Positions 1 to 11,900 of a DNA stretch of 64,000 bases are shown here, piece by piece. The translations under genes and the position numbers were made by a program. The DNA is from Flavobacteriales bacterium (lineage in GTDB: Bacteria > Bacteroidota > Bacteroidia > Flavobacteriales_G > JALEGO01): NCBI GenBank assembly GCA_020629755.1, contig JAHDCS010000005.1, positions 729 to 64,728 on the forward strand. The letters run 5' to 3'. Positions within the stretch are counted from its first letter, which is position 1, and each line of letters opens with the position of its first letter. The notes below the pieces were generated by a model. That model was not told the DNA's origin. It did no database searches and saw only the letters and a program-made list of their open reading frames with translations.

Positions 1-1011
1 AGTAGTTGCTCCGTTTGAAAACCGAAGCTGTCTGGCGTTTTCATCTATATATTCAGAAGGTATGTCATACGATGGCACTACTGCAATATCGTTAGCGGCA
101 CTATAACCACTCTCAGACACATCCCCACCAATAGAAATGGTATAGCCTTTTTCAACAGCCCCTTTGATAAGTCCTGTAAAATCATTTAAAGGCACATTGT
201 AATAATCATCAGAATTCCACCAGTTATCTGGCACATCGTACTCTGCTTTTGAATAATAAGGCTTTTGCATCAGCGACATAAAATTCACATAATCATCAGG
301 ATTAATCTTAAGGATATTGCGCATATAATCTACAGGCTTCATATTTTTACCATCCACAGAAATAGTGGCAGGAGGCTCTCCTAAATAATGGTTTAAAATA
401 GATCGAATGGTTTTTAAGGCAGACTCTTCATCCCAGGCATTGGTTTTTTTAAGCGAAAATAAAAAGGTTTTCATCTCATTAAACATGCCTTTATGATCAT
501 GGTACTTGGTTTTTCTAGCATTGCCATTGTAATCAGATTGGCGCACCATCCCGTGGTTTTTCATCATCCGCGCTACAGCGTTGGTCTCTGAGCCTTCCCC
601 AAAAAAAGAAGCGCCTCTAGTGCGTACGAACTCTCTCGCTTTTTCAATGTATTCAAAATAGACCGTATACAATTCTGAAAGATCAACTTCTTTCTGAGTC
701 AAACGAAAGACTTCAGACTCGTAAAATGAGGTCGTTGAAAAACACCAACAGGTGCCCGTACGTCCTTGTGAAATAGGTTTTTGACACCAAGAGGTTTTAA
801 AGTCTTCAAAGGCGGGTGCGTTTACCTTTGACATATCCATTTTAAAGGCTTTTCTTTTGTTGCTCTTTTTTGAAGCATCCTCAGAAAGAGATGTTTTTAT
901 TTGTTTGTAAAATCCGTTTTCGTAGTCAATCAGCGCTGCTTTGTCTTTAGTTTGCTGAGCTGAAAGCGATAATCCTGATAATAACAAAAGAAAAAATAAG
1001 TGATAACGCAT
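1..1011 (-). CDS. C1-family (papain/bleomycin hydrolase-like) cysteine peptidase, signal peptide; 3' end lies outside the window
   Basis: Not in ORF track (runs off the edge). Manual translation from ATG at 1011: MRYHLFFLLLLSGLSLSAQ..., with catalytic-Cys motif QGRTGTCWCFSTTSFYESE; TAnnTTTG box at 1046-1053. Confidence 0.85.
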   Translation of the reverse strand, partial: MRYHLFFLLLLSGLSLSAQQTKDKAALIDYENGFYKQIKTSLSEDASKKSNKRKAFKMDMSKVNAPAFEDFKTSWCQKPISQGRTGTCWCFSTTSFYESEVFRLTQKEVDLSELYTVYFEYIEKAREFVRTRGASFFGEGSETNAVARMMKNHGMVRQSDYNGNARKTKYHDHKGMFNEMKTFLFSLKKTNAWDEESALKTIRSILNHYLGEPPATISVDGKNMKPVDYMRNILKINPDDYVNFMSLMQKPYYSKAEYDVPDNWWNSDDYYNVPLNDFTGLIKGAVEKGYTISIGGDVSESGYSAANDIAVVPSYDIPSEYIDENARQLRFSNGATT

Positions 1012-1258
1012 AATTGTTTAATTTATGGAAGGATGTTGAACCTCGCAAAGATACGTTGAACTTATTTAAAGTCCTCATAAAACTATGCTTCATACACATT
1101 AACCTTTCTAACTTTAGCTTATTTTTTTGTCATAGCTTGGGCTATTGCCAATAAATAAGAGCTTTGTTAGAAAATATTGATCTACATAAATCATTTGTTT
1201 TTGAAAACTTTAAATAAGTTCAGCATCCCCCCAAAAAAGAAACATGAAACCAAAAACC

Positions 1259-4200
1259 TTAGCGTTTTATCAGTTTCGCCGTATACCTATTAAAAAATTC
1301 ATCTCTCACCTCAACAATATATGCCCCAGGTGGTAAACGCTCAACCGAAATATCAGTAAGCTCTTGTTTTTTTAAGCTTAAAAGCACGTGTCCTCTAATA
1401 TCTTTAATGCTTAAAGAGGTTAATTCAACATCTAAAACGCCTATGTTTTCTACAAATACTTTTAGATTAAAACGATCTAAAACCGGATTCGGATAACACA
1501 TCAGCTCAATAGGCAGCACATCCATCAGATTACCCATGGGTGTACTTTTTACGGTATTAGTAGTAATAAAATCATTGAAATCAAACTGGATATGCGCCGT
1601 GTTTTCAATGAGCGTATAATCTAAAAGCCCAGCTTTAGGCAAAACTTTAAAAGTGACAAACCCATGACTTTCTGGCTCGTTTGACACACTATCAGGCAAA
1701 TGAATGCCCTGCATTAAAAACTTGAGCTGACGGCCTTCTCTTAGAACCTGCATAGGATGAGAAGAAGTAAAGTGATGCAAAGTAGTTAAATCTAAGTGCT
1801 CGCTAAGCGTATCAATAATAAGGACTCTTTCAGCCGCATACGTACCTACGTTTTGAAAACGGATTTTATAGGTTAACGTATCTGATTTTTTAATGTATCC
1901 AACTGGCGAAATCCCCTTAGGAAAAACCTGTTTATCGTTAGGATCTACAGAGCCTACCACAACATCAGAATAACTAGAAACACTACTAAAATTGCCACAA
2001 TCTTCTGAAACCTCAGCCTGTACACGCATGGTTAAAAATGCATCTAGTTTAGCTAATCTGCTAACAGAATCAGTAAGCTGAAGGGTATAACTTTCTCCTA
2101 CCTCTAAAGAGTCTATTTGCCAAGTATAAGTCGAATCTATCTTGTCTACCCAAGGCGTGTCAGAAAGCACAATGTCTATTTCACTAGGCATATGTAGATA
2201 CACCTGAACATCGTAGGCCGTTTGAGTACCTTTATTCTCAACTTGCCAAACCACCTGATTCCTGAGCCCTCTTCTAAAAGCAGAGCCCGAAACTGAAGCC
2301 TCTAGATCAGGGCCTAAGCACGTAGGTGTAAGTCCAAAATTATGCCCGCAGCTCTCAGAATTCTCTTGCACTATTATAGGTTTTGTCTTATCACAGGTCA
2401 TGTGCCAGTTAGGCGCATTTTGCCATTCAAGAACATAGCTGCCATTTTGTAAATAGGTCTGAAAATAGCCATTGTCATCTGTATTTAAAAAGGTATTGTT
2501 ATCATTAACTTTAATGGTTTGGCCTTTAATTAAAGGCTCATTTTCGTCTAACTGGCAATTGCCATTTAGATCTTCAAATACACTACCACAAACCTTTTCA
2601 CCTAAAGGCTCAATAATATCATGGCATGAATTAATCTCTAAATTTGATAGATTCTGAACCACCCCTGAAGGCCAAGATATCTTCACAGAATCAACAGAAA
2701 CAGCATCCGATAAACCAAACATGGCTTTAAGTGTGCTTTGAGAAGATGGCCCTCCTCCCCATGAAGACTGAATCACTCTGGTTTGCCATTTTAGCTGCCC
2801 ACCCATAGTAGCCAAAACACTAACCCTTGCTCCAATGGCATCTCTATTAGAACGTGTCCCTTCTAAACGTAAACACAACCATGAAGAACATTGCGCTTTA
2901 GTATTTTCATAAAAACTATTCTTCTTATTGTCATGATTGGTAATGTAAAGATCTAAATCACCATCGTTATCATAATCAGACCATCCGTGCGCAAAGGCAT
3001 TATCTGTGTTTTGCGCAACAGGGTTATCAAGCTTAGAAAACGTTCCATTGCCGTTATTGGTGTAAAAGAAATTGATGCTATTTTGATCGTTGGTAACCAA
3101 TAAATCTAAATCGCCATCGTTGTCAAAATCGACAAAAGAGCTGCCGTGAGAATGCCCCCGATCTAAAGAAGGTGTGGCACTTTCTTGCCATGTAAAAACA
3201 CCTCCATCATTCAAATACAGTTCATTATTTTGCTCAGAGGCATTGGCTATAAACAAATCTAAATCACCATCTGAATCAATATCGCCAAAGCTTGCCCCTA
3301 CAGAATGATTTTCTATGCTGGTTAAAGCTCCGGCCTCTGTTTTAGAAAAACTTCCTGAGCCTAAATTTTCATATAAGTCATTGGTTTGATTGTTGGTGTT
3401 GACTACCAAAAGATCTTGATCGCCATCGTTATCTATGTCAGCCCAAGCACCATACACCGAATACTTAGCATCTTTTGTGATGGGTGTATTCTCAATTTTG
3501 GTAAAGGTGCCATCGCCATTATTATGAAACAAGCCATTAAATTTTGTAGGCATATAATCGGCCACAAAAACATCTAAATGTCCATCGTTATCGTAATCAG
3601 CAAAACTTGTGCTATGGGCATACCCGCTATAGGTTAATCCTGAAGCTTCAGATTTGGTCATCTTGCCCTTTCCGCTATTCAAATACAGTACATTGTTGGC
3701 ACCGATATTATTTGAAAGCAATACATCTTTATCGCCATCGTTATCTACATCGGCCCAACTAGACGATACGGTTGAAATACCCTGAGGTGCAAATCCATCC
3801 GCCAAGCTGAACGTACCATCACCGTTGTTTAAAAACAATTCATTCTCCTGATTTTGATCGTAGGCTGAAATATATAAATCTTCAAAGCCATTGTTATCAA
3901 CATCCACCCAAGCAGAACTCCAGGTATTTTTAATTGAGGTAGTAGGCCCTTCAATTGTTTTTTGCTCAAATTTTACAGACGGATCATAGGCCAAACGAAT
4001 AACTGGCAAATCTGCTCCGCAAGCACGTTTAGAGCGCATAGCTGTTTCAATCACTTCTGAAGGAGTAAAATTTTCTTCAAGCATCATCTGAAACCTGATT
4101 TTAGCCCTATTTTTATCGAGCTGAAACACACCAGGTAAACCAGAAGCATTAATTTGCACATTTAGAGCCTGAAAATCATAACTATACCCCTGACTAGTAG

Positions 4201-7200
4201 ATTGAGGATCTTGTACTTGCAAAGCTGCAGACTCTAAAGGATACTCTAGATACGTTGATCCTGTAACGTAACTAATGCTTTGTGTTTGTGGAAGTGAAAT
4301 GTCCAAAAATAAATCTTTCACTACGGCCAATTGCACACTAGCAATTTCAAGTTCTACCTCTACAATTGGGCTACATGCATCACCAACTGTGGTTCCACTA
4401 ATAACCGCTTGCAATTCTGAAGGCTTCGGCTCTACATAAAGTTTAAGTTGCCTGTACCCACACTGAAAACTCTCAAAATCAACCGGATAACCCGAGCATT
4501 CATAGCCCGCATACATTTCAATATGATCATAATCGCAAGTATTATACTTGGCTATAATGTCTAAAGCTTCACTATTCGCTTCTCCAATTTTATACAAGCC
4601 ATTCTCTGCGATCAGTGTATCCCCTGTAGAGGTATTTACGACATATAAAAGATCAATCTGACCACTAGGCACTTTAAAATGCACCCAAGTATTGTTCACG
4701 CTTCCGCTATTGGTTTTAAGGTCTACCTGCCATTTAACCGTTTTTTCAACCCCATCGACGATAGGGTTTTTAGGAAAAAGCGTTATGGTTCTTGGGCGAT
4801 AGCGTATATTGTCTTGTCCGCCATCTAAATCAATGACCTGAGTCTGAATACGCGCATGGGTTTCTACCTGAAAATCCCAGGTGACGGGCAAGTATCTTTC
4901 TTTTGGCACAAAACAATTTGGCGCCAAATCCAAATAAAACGTCCCCCTAAAGCCATCGTCAGAGTAACTCAGCTGATTACCCCCTTGCTCTTCATAGTAC
5001 TTAGCCATATCAAAACGATAGCTCGTCGATGCAATCTGATCAGGCATAATATTAGACACTGTTTTTACTATTGAAGCGTTCGTGTGTTTGGTGTTCCATT
5101 GTTTGAAATACATATTCTGAATGCTATAATTCTCAGGAATAGTAAACTCTACCGTTTTTACATGTGCCCAACTACGATATTCATACGGAAATAAATTTCC
5201 GCCATTGTAATTGCTACAACAATCACCAATACTTAAAAATACATTTTGAGAAATCAATTGATTGCAATTGCTAATGGTCGTGTTTAAATTGCCTGAAGTG
5301 GTAAAATAATAACCCATAAACGTGATGCGTCCTCTTCTTGTATTGCACTGATATTTCTGGGAGGATATGGAGGGATTTTCAGTATGAGACACATAAAAGG
5401 TATTATTTATGGTCACTTCTTGAATATTTCCGCCTAAGTTTTCATCCACCCTATACACACCATCCACCCAAACAGAATCACCCTCTTCAAATATATAAGT
5501 GTCAAAACCCACATTGCCTGTCTGAAGGGTAGACACAGAAAAATCATAAAAAAAGGTACGCGTTTGCCCTGAAGTTTGGTATGTTGCTAAAGGGATTTGT
5601 CCTTGTAAATAAGTGTTTGCACTGGCATCATAAATACGTGCCTGCGCGCTTAAAGGCTTTAAACTATAGCCCATTGGGATTTGGCTTGAAGCATACCCGT
5701 TGGTGAAAGAGGGATGCGCTGCAGAGGTTTTGACCACCCCTGAAAAAGTAGCTAAAAGCGTATCGCTAAACATAGCACGCTCTGTTTTGATTTTACTTAA
5801 ATCTAAAGCTCCATTCATATCGGCATAGCCATCCTGATTGTTGTCAGGTTTACCAAAACTGGTTCGGTTAATATCATAGGCTAAAAAACGCATCCCTTCT
5901 GAACAATTACCAGGACAATGCAAATAGGTCTCTGTGGTTTCTTTGCAACTTATAGGAATCTCACAAGTAGTCTGGCAGGTTTCATCTGTTGTAAAAAACA
6001 TCTGCATAGAAATAGACTTGCTGCCAGAAAGAGCCCCTTCTACTCCACAATCAGCCCTTAGCTGTAGACTAACTTCTGATTTTGCAATTGTAAAAGGAGC
6101 GTCTAGATAAAATGACGCTTCTAAGGTATTGTCTTGCGCATTGTAAAAAATATTTTGAGCCTCCCAACTATGCGGTCCGCTTGTAAATACTAGGTCATTG
6201 TCTTGAGATTCAAACACAAGCCCTATAGGCAAATCAAATACGGCTTTGTAGTGTGCCCCTTCGCCCACAGGTAATGTATTGCTATGGGAAGAGACTAAAT
6301 AATTAAAAGGCAACTTTTGCCCATCCATAATATCTGGTGGCGTTTCAGTGAAAAATGTCATTAGGTTATCGTTGGTTTCTTGAATGACATCTTGCCCATC
6401 GAAGGTTTGGGTATTGCAACTGTCTGTATAACTAAGAGTATAACTATAGCCCATGATTTTTTCATTGGTGCAACTCGAAATGCAACAGCGGTGCATATTC
6501 CAACTTAAGACACCAGATTCACCTGCTTTTAATGGCGGCAATTGCACATCAAAATACCCGACGGCCGAAGGGCCAAAACATAGTGTTTCAGAAATGGTTT
6601 GTGTGTTGGTAATGGTTGGGCTTACGGTTCTGCCATCACTATAAGTAAATACCAGTGAGTTAAGATCAGATTTTTGCGCAATATTTGGATTATAAATTTG
6701 ATTTTCAGAGCGATTGTAAATCGTCACAAGAGTATTATTAGACGCACCAGCGCCGTTATTTATAAAGTTTATTTCTTGGCGGGATGCTAAATTCTGATCT
6801 AAACACGATGGTATATTTGGGCTAGCCTGAACCTGTATACTGGGCATTTTAAGTTCAATGCTAGTGTGTGCCACTCTTGATGAAAACTGACATTCATCCT
6901 CCCCTATAAACCAAACCGCTTTTAGATTAGAAGTATAGGTTTGTTCAGTGCAGGTTTCTGCTTTAAGGGTTTGTGTGATTTGAATGCTCTCGTTCTTGTC
7001 AAAAAAACCATCTTTATCGCCAATGCCCATAAAATCATTAGCACTTAATAACACTGTTTTTTGATCGGCTTGAAGCACTCCTTTATCTGATTCTAAAAAT
7101 AGTAACCCTTCAGGATGCTCATCTAAAAGTGTAAAGGCATCAATCTTTCCATTTCCTGCGTTTACAATCGTAAGGGTTCTTTGATAGCTCTCACCATTTA

Positions 7201-7720
7201 AAAGCGTTTTAGTGCTAGGCTGCGCTTGAATAATATTCAATGAGGCGTATAAAAGATTATAAGAGGCACTGTTTTGTGTGTTCAATATGCTGCCTGCCTG
7301 AGCTGTAATATTGTGTCTAAAAATCTCGCCAGCTAAAACCTCTTGAATAGCTTCACATGAAGCCTCTACTGTATAAGTAAACATCAAGTTTTCACCAGGT
7401 GATAATCCATCAATAGTAAACGACACCCTATTCTCTGAACTAGACTCACCACTCACACTTTGATTAGATTGCACCACCAGACTTTCAGTTTGGCAGTTAA
7501 TGCCTGTTGGTAAATCAATTTGTATCAGAATATTTGAAAGTAGCGTTGTGCCGTTATTTGTAATCTCAACACCAAATGCATCTGATGTTTCAGAGACCGT
7601 AACACTATTAGGCACAGTTTGAGAGATCTGAAAATCTTGTGCCAACAAATTATACGATAAAAAAATAAGAACTATAGAAATGTATACTCTTGTGATAGTG
7701 GGCAAAGCTGAAACAGTCAT
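1259..7720 (-). CDS. Large secreted T9SS type A substrate: DUF11-like/Ig-like region, FG-GAP (VCBS) propeller, ASPIC/UnbV, SdrD-B-like domain, C-terminal sorting domain
   Basis: Signal peptide; repeated WxDxDNDGDxDL motifs; SNRDAIGARV (ASPIC/UnbV); GSVDPNDK...YKIRFQNVG; YPNP...GAYIV...KLIKR C-terminus. Confidence 0.85.
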   Translation of the reverse strand: MTVSALPTITRVYISIVLIFLSYNLLAQDFQISQTVPNSVTVSETSDAFGVEITNNGTTLLSNILIQIDLPTGINCQTESLVVQSNQSVSGESSSENRVSFTIDGLSPGENLMFTYTVEASCEAIQEVLAGEIFRHNITAQAGSILNTQNSASYNLLYASLNIIQAQPSTKTLLNGESYQRTLTIVNAGNGKIDAFTLLDEHPEGLLFLESDKGVLQADQKTVLLSANDFMGIGDKDGFFDKNESIQITQTLKAETCTEQTYTSNLKAVWFIGEDECQFSSRVAHTSIELKMPSIQVQASPNIPSCLDQNLASRQEINFINNGAGASNNTLVTIYNRSENQIYNPNIAQKSDLNSLVFTYSDGRTVSPTITNTQTISETLCFGPSAVGYFDVQLPPLKAGESGVLSWNMHRCCISSCTNEKIMGYSYTLSYTDSCNTQTFDGQDVIQETNDNLMTFFTETPPDIMDGQKLPFNYLVSSHSNTLPVGEGAHYKAVFDLPIGLVFESQDNDLVFTSGPHSWEAQNIFYNAQDNTLEASFYLDAPFTIAKSEVSLQLRADCGVEGALSGSKSISMQMFFTTDETCQTTCEIPISCKETTETYLHCPGNCSEGMRFLAYDINRTSFGKPDNNQDGYADMNGALDLSKIKTERAMFSDTLLATFSGVVKTSAAHPSFTNGYASSQIPMGYSLKPLSAQARIYDASANTYLQGQIPLATYQTSGQTRTFFYDFSVSTLQTGNVGFDTYIFEEGDSVWVDGVYRVDENLGGNIQEVTINNTFYVSHTENPSISSQKYQCNTRRGRITFMGYYFTTSGNLNTTISNCNQLISQNVFLSIGDCCSNYNGGNLFPYEYRSWAHVKTVEFTIPENYSIQNMYFKQWNTKHTNASIVKTVSNIMPDQIASTSYRFDMAKYYEEQGGNQLSYSDDGFRGTFYLDLAPNCFVPKERYLPVTWDFQVETHARIQTQVIDLDGGQDNIRYRPRTITLFPKNPIVDGVEKTVKWQVDLKTNSGSVNNTWVHFKVPSGQIDLLYVVNTSTGDTLIAENGLYKIGEANSEALDIIAKYNTCDYDHIEMYAGYECSGYPVDFESFQCGYRQLKLYVEPKPSELQAVISGTTVGDACSPIVEVELEIASVQLAVVKDLFLDISLPQTQSISYVTGSTYLEYPLESAALQVQDPQSTSQGYSYDFQALNVQINASGLPGVFQLDKNRAKIRFQMMLEENFTPSEVIETAMRSKRACGADLPVIRLAYDPSVKFEQKTIEGPTTSIKNTWSSAWVDVDNNGFEDLYISAYDQNQENELFLNNGDGTFSLADGFAPQGISTVSSSWADVDNDGDKDVLLSNNIGANNVLYLNSGKGKMTKSEASGLTYSGYAHSTSFADYDNDGHLDVFVADYMPTKFNGLFHNNGDGTFTKIENTPITKDAKYSVYGAWADIDNDGDQDLLVVNTNNQTNDLYENLGSGSFSKTEAGALTSIENHSVGASFGDIDSDGDLDLFIANASEQNNELYLNDGGVFTWQESATPSLDRGHSHGSSFVDFDNDGDLDLLVTNDQNSINFFYTNNGNGTFSKLDNPVAQNTDNAFAHGWSDYDNDGDLDLYITNHDNKKNSFYENTKAQCSSWLCLRLEGTRSNRDAIGARVSVLATMGGQLKWQTRVIQSSWGGGPSSQSTLKAMFGLSDAVSVDSVKISWPSGVVQNLSNLEINSCHDIIEPLGEKVCGSVFEDLNGNCQLDENEPLIKGQTIKVNDNNTFLNTDDNGYFQTYLQNGSYVLEWQNAPNWHMTCDKTKPIIVQENSESCGHNFGLTPTCLGPDLEASVSGSAFRRGLRNQVVWQVENKGTQTAYDVQVYLHMPSEIDIVLSDTPWVDKIDSTYTWQIDSLEVGESYTLQLTDSVSRLAKLDAFLTMRVQAEVSEDCGNFSSVSSYSDVVVGSVDPNDKQVFPKGISPVGYIKKSDTLTYKIRFQNVGTYAAERVLIIDTLSEHLDLTTLHHFTSSHPMQVLREGRQLKFLMQGIHLPDSVSNEPESHGFVTFKVLPKAGLLDYTLIENTAHIQFDFNDFITTNTVKSTPMGNLMDVLPIELMCYPNPVLDRFNLKVFVENIGVLDVELTSLSIKDIRGHVLLSLKKQELTDISVERLPPGAYIVEVRDEFFNRYTAKLIKR

Positions 7721-8061
7721 AACAATCGAATTAGGGGTTTACAGCTTTAATACAGATTGCGTTCCGTAAATTAATAATTTGATTGTCAGTACTTTAAATG
7801 AATTAATGAAGTGCAAGAAATCTCAAATAGAGATCTGTTTCTCAAAATGAGAAAACAAAACAGTTAGAGTTCTTTTCAAAACCTCAAATTTTTGCACTTA
7901 TTAAGGCGTTTTGATGACAAAATACTGCCGGCTACTATTGAATGTGAGGATTTTTGGAAGAAAAACAACGAGAATAGGGGCAAAAAGAGGAGAAAACGCT
8001 CAATGAACAACAAATTATATTTTGAATTTTAGTTTTGAAAAGAATTCAGTTAATAGAAAGG

Positions 8062-8745
8062 CTATAAAAAAGACAGAAGTTCTTTCATCCCTTCTGTTGC
8101 TTTTTTTGGTATGCAATGCAGGTTTTTAATACCAGACAGCTCAGCATTAACTTGCGCCTTAGGGTCTATATAATACACCAACGCCTGGCTGGGTGCAAAA
8201 CCCACCAAACCTGCCGCAGGATAAACTTGCATTGATGTGCCAATAATCAGCACTATATCGGCATCAGAAATACAAGTAATCGCTTTTTCCATCATGGGCA
8301 CGGCTTCACCAAACCACACGATGTGAGGTCTGAGTTGGGCGTTTTCTTCACACAGATCGCCTAAATGTAAATCGTCTTCCCAGCTATAAATTAGATTGGG
8401 GTTTTTAGTGCTTCTCACTTTTCTAAGCTCACCGTGCAGATGATACACATTTGTAGAACCAGCCCTTTCGTGCAAATCGTCTACATTTTGAGTTATGATC
8501 TGAACGTGGTAATTCAGCTCAAGGGTTTTTAAAGCTATATGCGCATTATTGGGCAAGACCTCTTTGAGCTGAGCTCTGCGTTTATTATAAAAGTCTAATA
8601 CCAATTCAGGATTTTTTTCAAAACCTTCTGGCGAGGCTACCTCCATGATGTCATGCCCTTCCCACAGACCACCCGCATCTCTAAAGGTTGAAATACCGCT
8701 CTCGGCACTAATACCGGCACCAGTTAGGGCTACAATTTTTTTCAT
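8062..8745 (-). CDS. cobB: NAD-dependent protein deacylase (sirtuin)
   Basis: TGAGISAESG, TQNVDDLHERAG, HLHG, RPHIVWFGE motifs. Confidence 0.95.
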   Translation of the reverse strand: MKKIVALTGAGISAESGISTFRDAGGLWEGHDIMEVASPEGFEKNPELVLDFYNKRRAQLKEVLPNNAHIALKTLELNYHVQIITQNVDDLHERAGSTNVYHLHGELRKVRSTKNPNLIYSWEDDLHLGDLCEENAQLRPHIVWFGEAVPMMEKAITCISDADIVLIIGTSMQVYPAAGLVGFAPSQALVYYIDPKAQVNAELSGIKNLHCIPKKATEGMKELLSFL

Positions 8746-8824
8746 TTTAGCTAAATAAAAGATTTATCGACGAACGTAGTTTATTTAAAATAAGATAAAA
8801 TTTGCAAAAGTGTGAGCTGGCGAT

Positions 8825-8942
8825 GAAACAAGCGGCGCAGCGCATGAGTAAGGGCAAAAGAAATTGCTTTTAAAAAAAGCAATTTCTGTGCGTTTTCGCT
8901 TGTTTCGATTTTTTGTTAAACTTTTTTCTAAAAAAAGTTTAG
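8825..8942. repeat. Nested palindromic intergenic element (REP/MITE-like or structured RNA)
   Basis: GAAACAAGCG/CGCTTGTTTC enclosing AGAAATTGCTTT/AAAGCAATTTCT, followed by AAACTTTTTT-CT-AAAAAAAGTTT. Confidence 0.55.
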
Positions 8943-8948
8943 GAGATC

Positions 8949-11900
8949 CTACATATTTCTTCTATACTGCCCCCCTACTTCAAACAAACTCTCTGTAATT
9001 TGACCAAGCGAGCAAGACTTAACGGCTTCCATTAAGCTTTCAAATACATTTTGGTTGTTAATGGCAGATTGCTGAACAATGTCTATTGATGTTTTGGCGA
9101 GTGATTTCTCTCTAGACTTTAAGGCCTCAACGGTTTTAATTTGATTCTCTTTTTCTTCTTCAGTAGCACGGATGACTTCTTTAGGTAAAATAGTCGGCGA
9201 TCCTTCTGAACTTAAAAAAGTGTTCACCCCCATGATTTTTAATTCGCCGGTATGCTTGAGCATTTCGTAGTAATGACTTTCTTCTTGAATTTTTCCGCGC
9301 TGGTACATCGTTTCCATAGCCCCTAGCACCCCCCCTCTTTCGGTGATCCTATCAAACTCAACCAGAACTGCTTCTTCTACTAAATCAGTAAGCTCTTCAA
9401 TAATAAAAGACCCTTGTAATGGGTTTTGGTTTTTAGCTAAACCTAATTCATGATTAATGATCAACTGAATCGCCATAGCACGTCTTACAGATTCTTCTGT
9501 AGGCGTTGTAATGGCCTCATCATAGGCATTTGTGTGTAATGAATTGCAATTGTCGTAAATGGCATATAAAGCCTGAAGGGTAGTTCTAATATCATTAAAG
9601 CTAATCTCTTGGGCGTGTAAACTTCTGCCAGAGGTTTGAATATGATACTTAAGTTTTTGAGAGCGTTCATTCGCTCCATACACATCACGCATCGCTTTTG
9701 CCCAAATCCTTCGAGCTACTCTACCAATTACGGCATACTCCGGATCGATCCCATTAGAAAAGAAAAAAGATAAATTAGGGGCAAAGCTATTAATATCCAT
9801 CCCTCTACTTAAATAATACTCTACATAGGTAAAGCCATTGGCTAAGGTAAAAGCCAGCTGCGAAATCGGATTGGCACCTGCCTCAGCAATATGATAGCCT
9901 GAAATAGACACAGAATAAAAATTACGCACATTCTGATCACTAAAATACTGCTGCACATCGCCCATGAGCTTTAAAGAAAACTCAGTTGAAAAAATACAGG
10001 TATTCTGCGCTTGATCTTCTTTTAAAATATCGGCCTGAATAGTGCCCCGCACTTTTGTAAGTGTTTCGGCTTTAATTTTAGCATACACCTCTTTCTCTAA
10101 CACCTGATCGCCCGTTACACCTAAAAGCATCAACCCTAAACCATCATTTCCGTTTGGTATCTGGGCATTGTATTTAGGACGTTTGTTTTTTGGGAGGATG
10201 TCTTCAATTTGCTTTAAAACTTTCTTTTCGAGACCATTTTCTTTGATGTACTTTTCACATTGCTGATCTATGGCAGTATTTAAAAAGAAGGCCATAATAA
10301 TGGCGGCTGGGCCATTAATGGTCATAGACACTGAGGTTTTAGGGTCACATAAATCAAAACCAGAATAGAGTTTTTTAGCATCGTCTAAACAGCAAATAGA
10401 AACCCCTGCATTGCCTACTTTGCCATAAATATCTGGCCGATGATGCGGATCGCGCCCATACAGAGTAACCGAATCAAAAGCAGTAGACAGCCGTTTAGCA
10501 GGCAAGCCTTTGGATACATAATGAAAGCGCTTATTGGTGCGCTCTGGCGCGCCTTCGCCCGCAAACATCCGGGTAGGATCTTCACCCTCTCTTTTAAACG
10601 GATATACTCCAGCGGTAAACGGAAACTCACCCGGCACATTTTCTTGCAGTGCCCATTTTAAAATATCGCCATAGGCCGAGTAAGAAGGCAAACACACTTT
10701 GGGTATTTTATTATGCGAAAGAGAAGTAGTGAAGGTGTCAATTTCAATGGTTTTATCACGCACCTTAAAGGCATAGACATCGTCTTTATAGCGCCTAACT
10801 TTTTGAGGCCACTGATCAATTAAAATTTTATGTTTAGGATCTAAATCTAAAAGCACTTTTTCTTTTAGCTGATTTACTTCTTCGCTTTTGTAATCTAGCA
10901 AAGCCAATGTTTTCTCTAGAGCAAATAAGTCATTTGCCAAGTTCGCTTGGCTTTCAGCGCGCTTGTTGTACTGCCTAACAGCAGTTGAAATTTCAGACAA
11001 ATACCTCACACGCTCAGGGGGGATGATGAATTGCTTTTCTTGACCACTAATATTCTGATGTTTTGAATCAAAAAAACGAGTGCCACATTTCTCATCAATA
11101 GCTTTAAGGAGTTTACTAAATAAGCTATTCGTGCCCGGATCATTAAATTGCGAAGCCATCGTGCCAAACACAGGCATCTCTTTAAGATCTGTATCAAAAA
11201 GGGTATGATTTCTTTGGTACTGCTTTCTAACATCTCTAAGTGCATCTTGAGCGCCTTTTTTATCGAATTTGTTCAAGGCAATGAGATCTGCAAAATCAAG
11301 CATATCTATTTTTTCGAGCTGCGTGGCCGCTCCGTACTCAGGCGTCATCACATAAAGCGACAAGTCTGAATGATCGGTAATTTCGGTATCAGATTGCCCA
11401 ATACCAGAGGTTTCTAAGATCACTAAATCAAAACCAGATGCTTTCACTACATCCACTGCATCTTTAATGTGTTTAGACAGCGCCAAATTTGACTGACGCG
11501 TCGCTAAAGAACGCATATACACCCGCTCACTGAAAATAGCATTCATCCGAATGCGATCGCCCAACAATGCGCCACCTGTTTTTCGCTTAGAAGGATCTAC
11601 CGATATAATGGCAATGGTTTTTGTTTCAAAAGCATTTAAAAAACGTCTCACTAGTTCATCAACAAGCGATGATTTGCCTGCACCACCCGTTCCGGTAATA
11701 CCCAGAACAGGCGTTTTACTTTTTTGAGCAACCGCTCTTATCTCTTTAAAGAGGCTTGTGTGTTGTTCAGGCGCATTTTCAGCCCCAGAAATTAACCTCC
11801 CAATTTCTATATGATCTTGTGCTTGTATGCGCTTAAGCGAAACGGTTTGCTCTCCTGTTTTAAAGTCACATTTCTCTAATAAATCATTGATCATTCCTTG

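Noticed and set aside
2940-3920. Regularly spaced similar DNA words (e.g. ccatcgttatc) suggesting an array
   Set aside because: They encode FG-GAP DxDNDGDxD repeats; degenerate and in frame, not CRISPR
7721-8061. 340-bp AT-rich spacer with short hairpins
   Set aside because: No convincing ORF, RNA motif or repeat; probably ordinary promoter/terminator DNA
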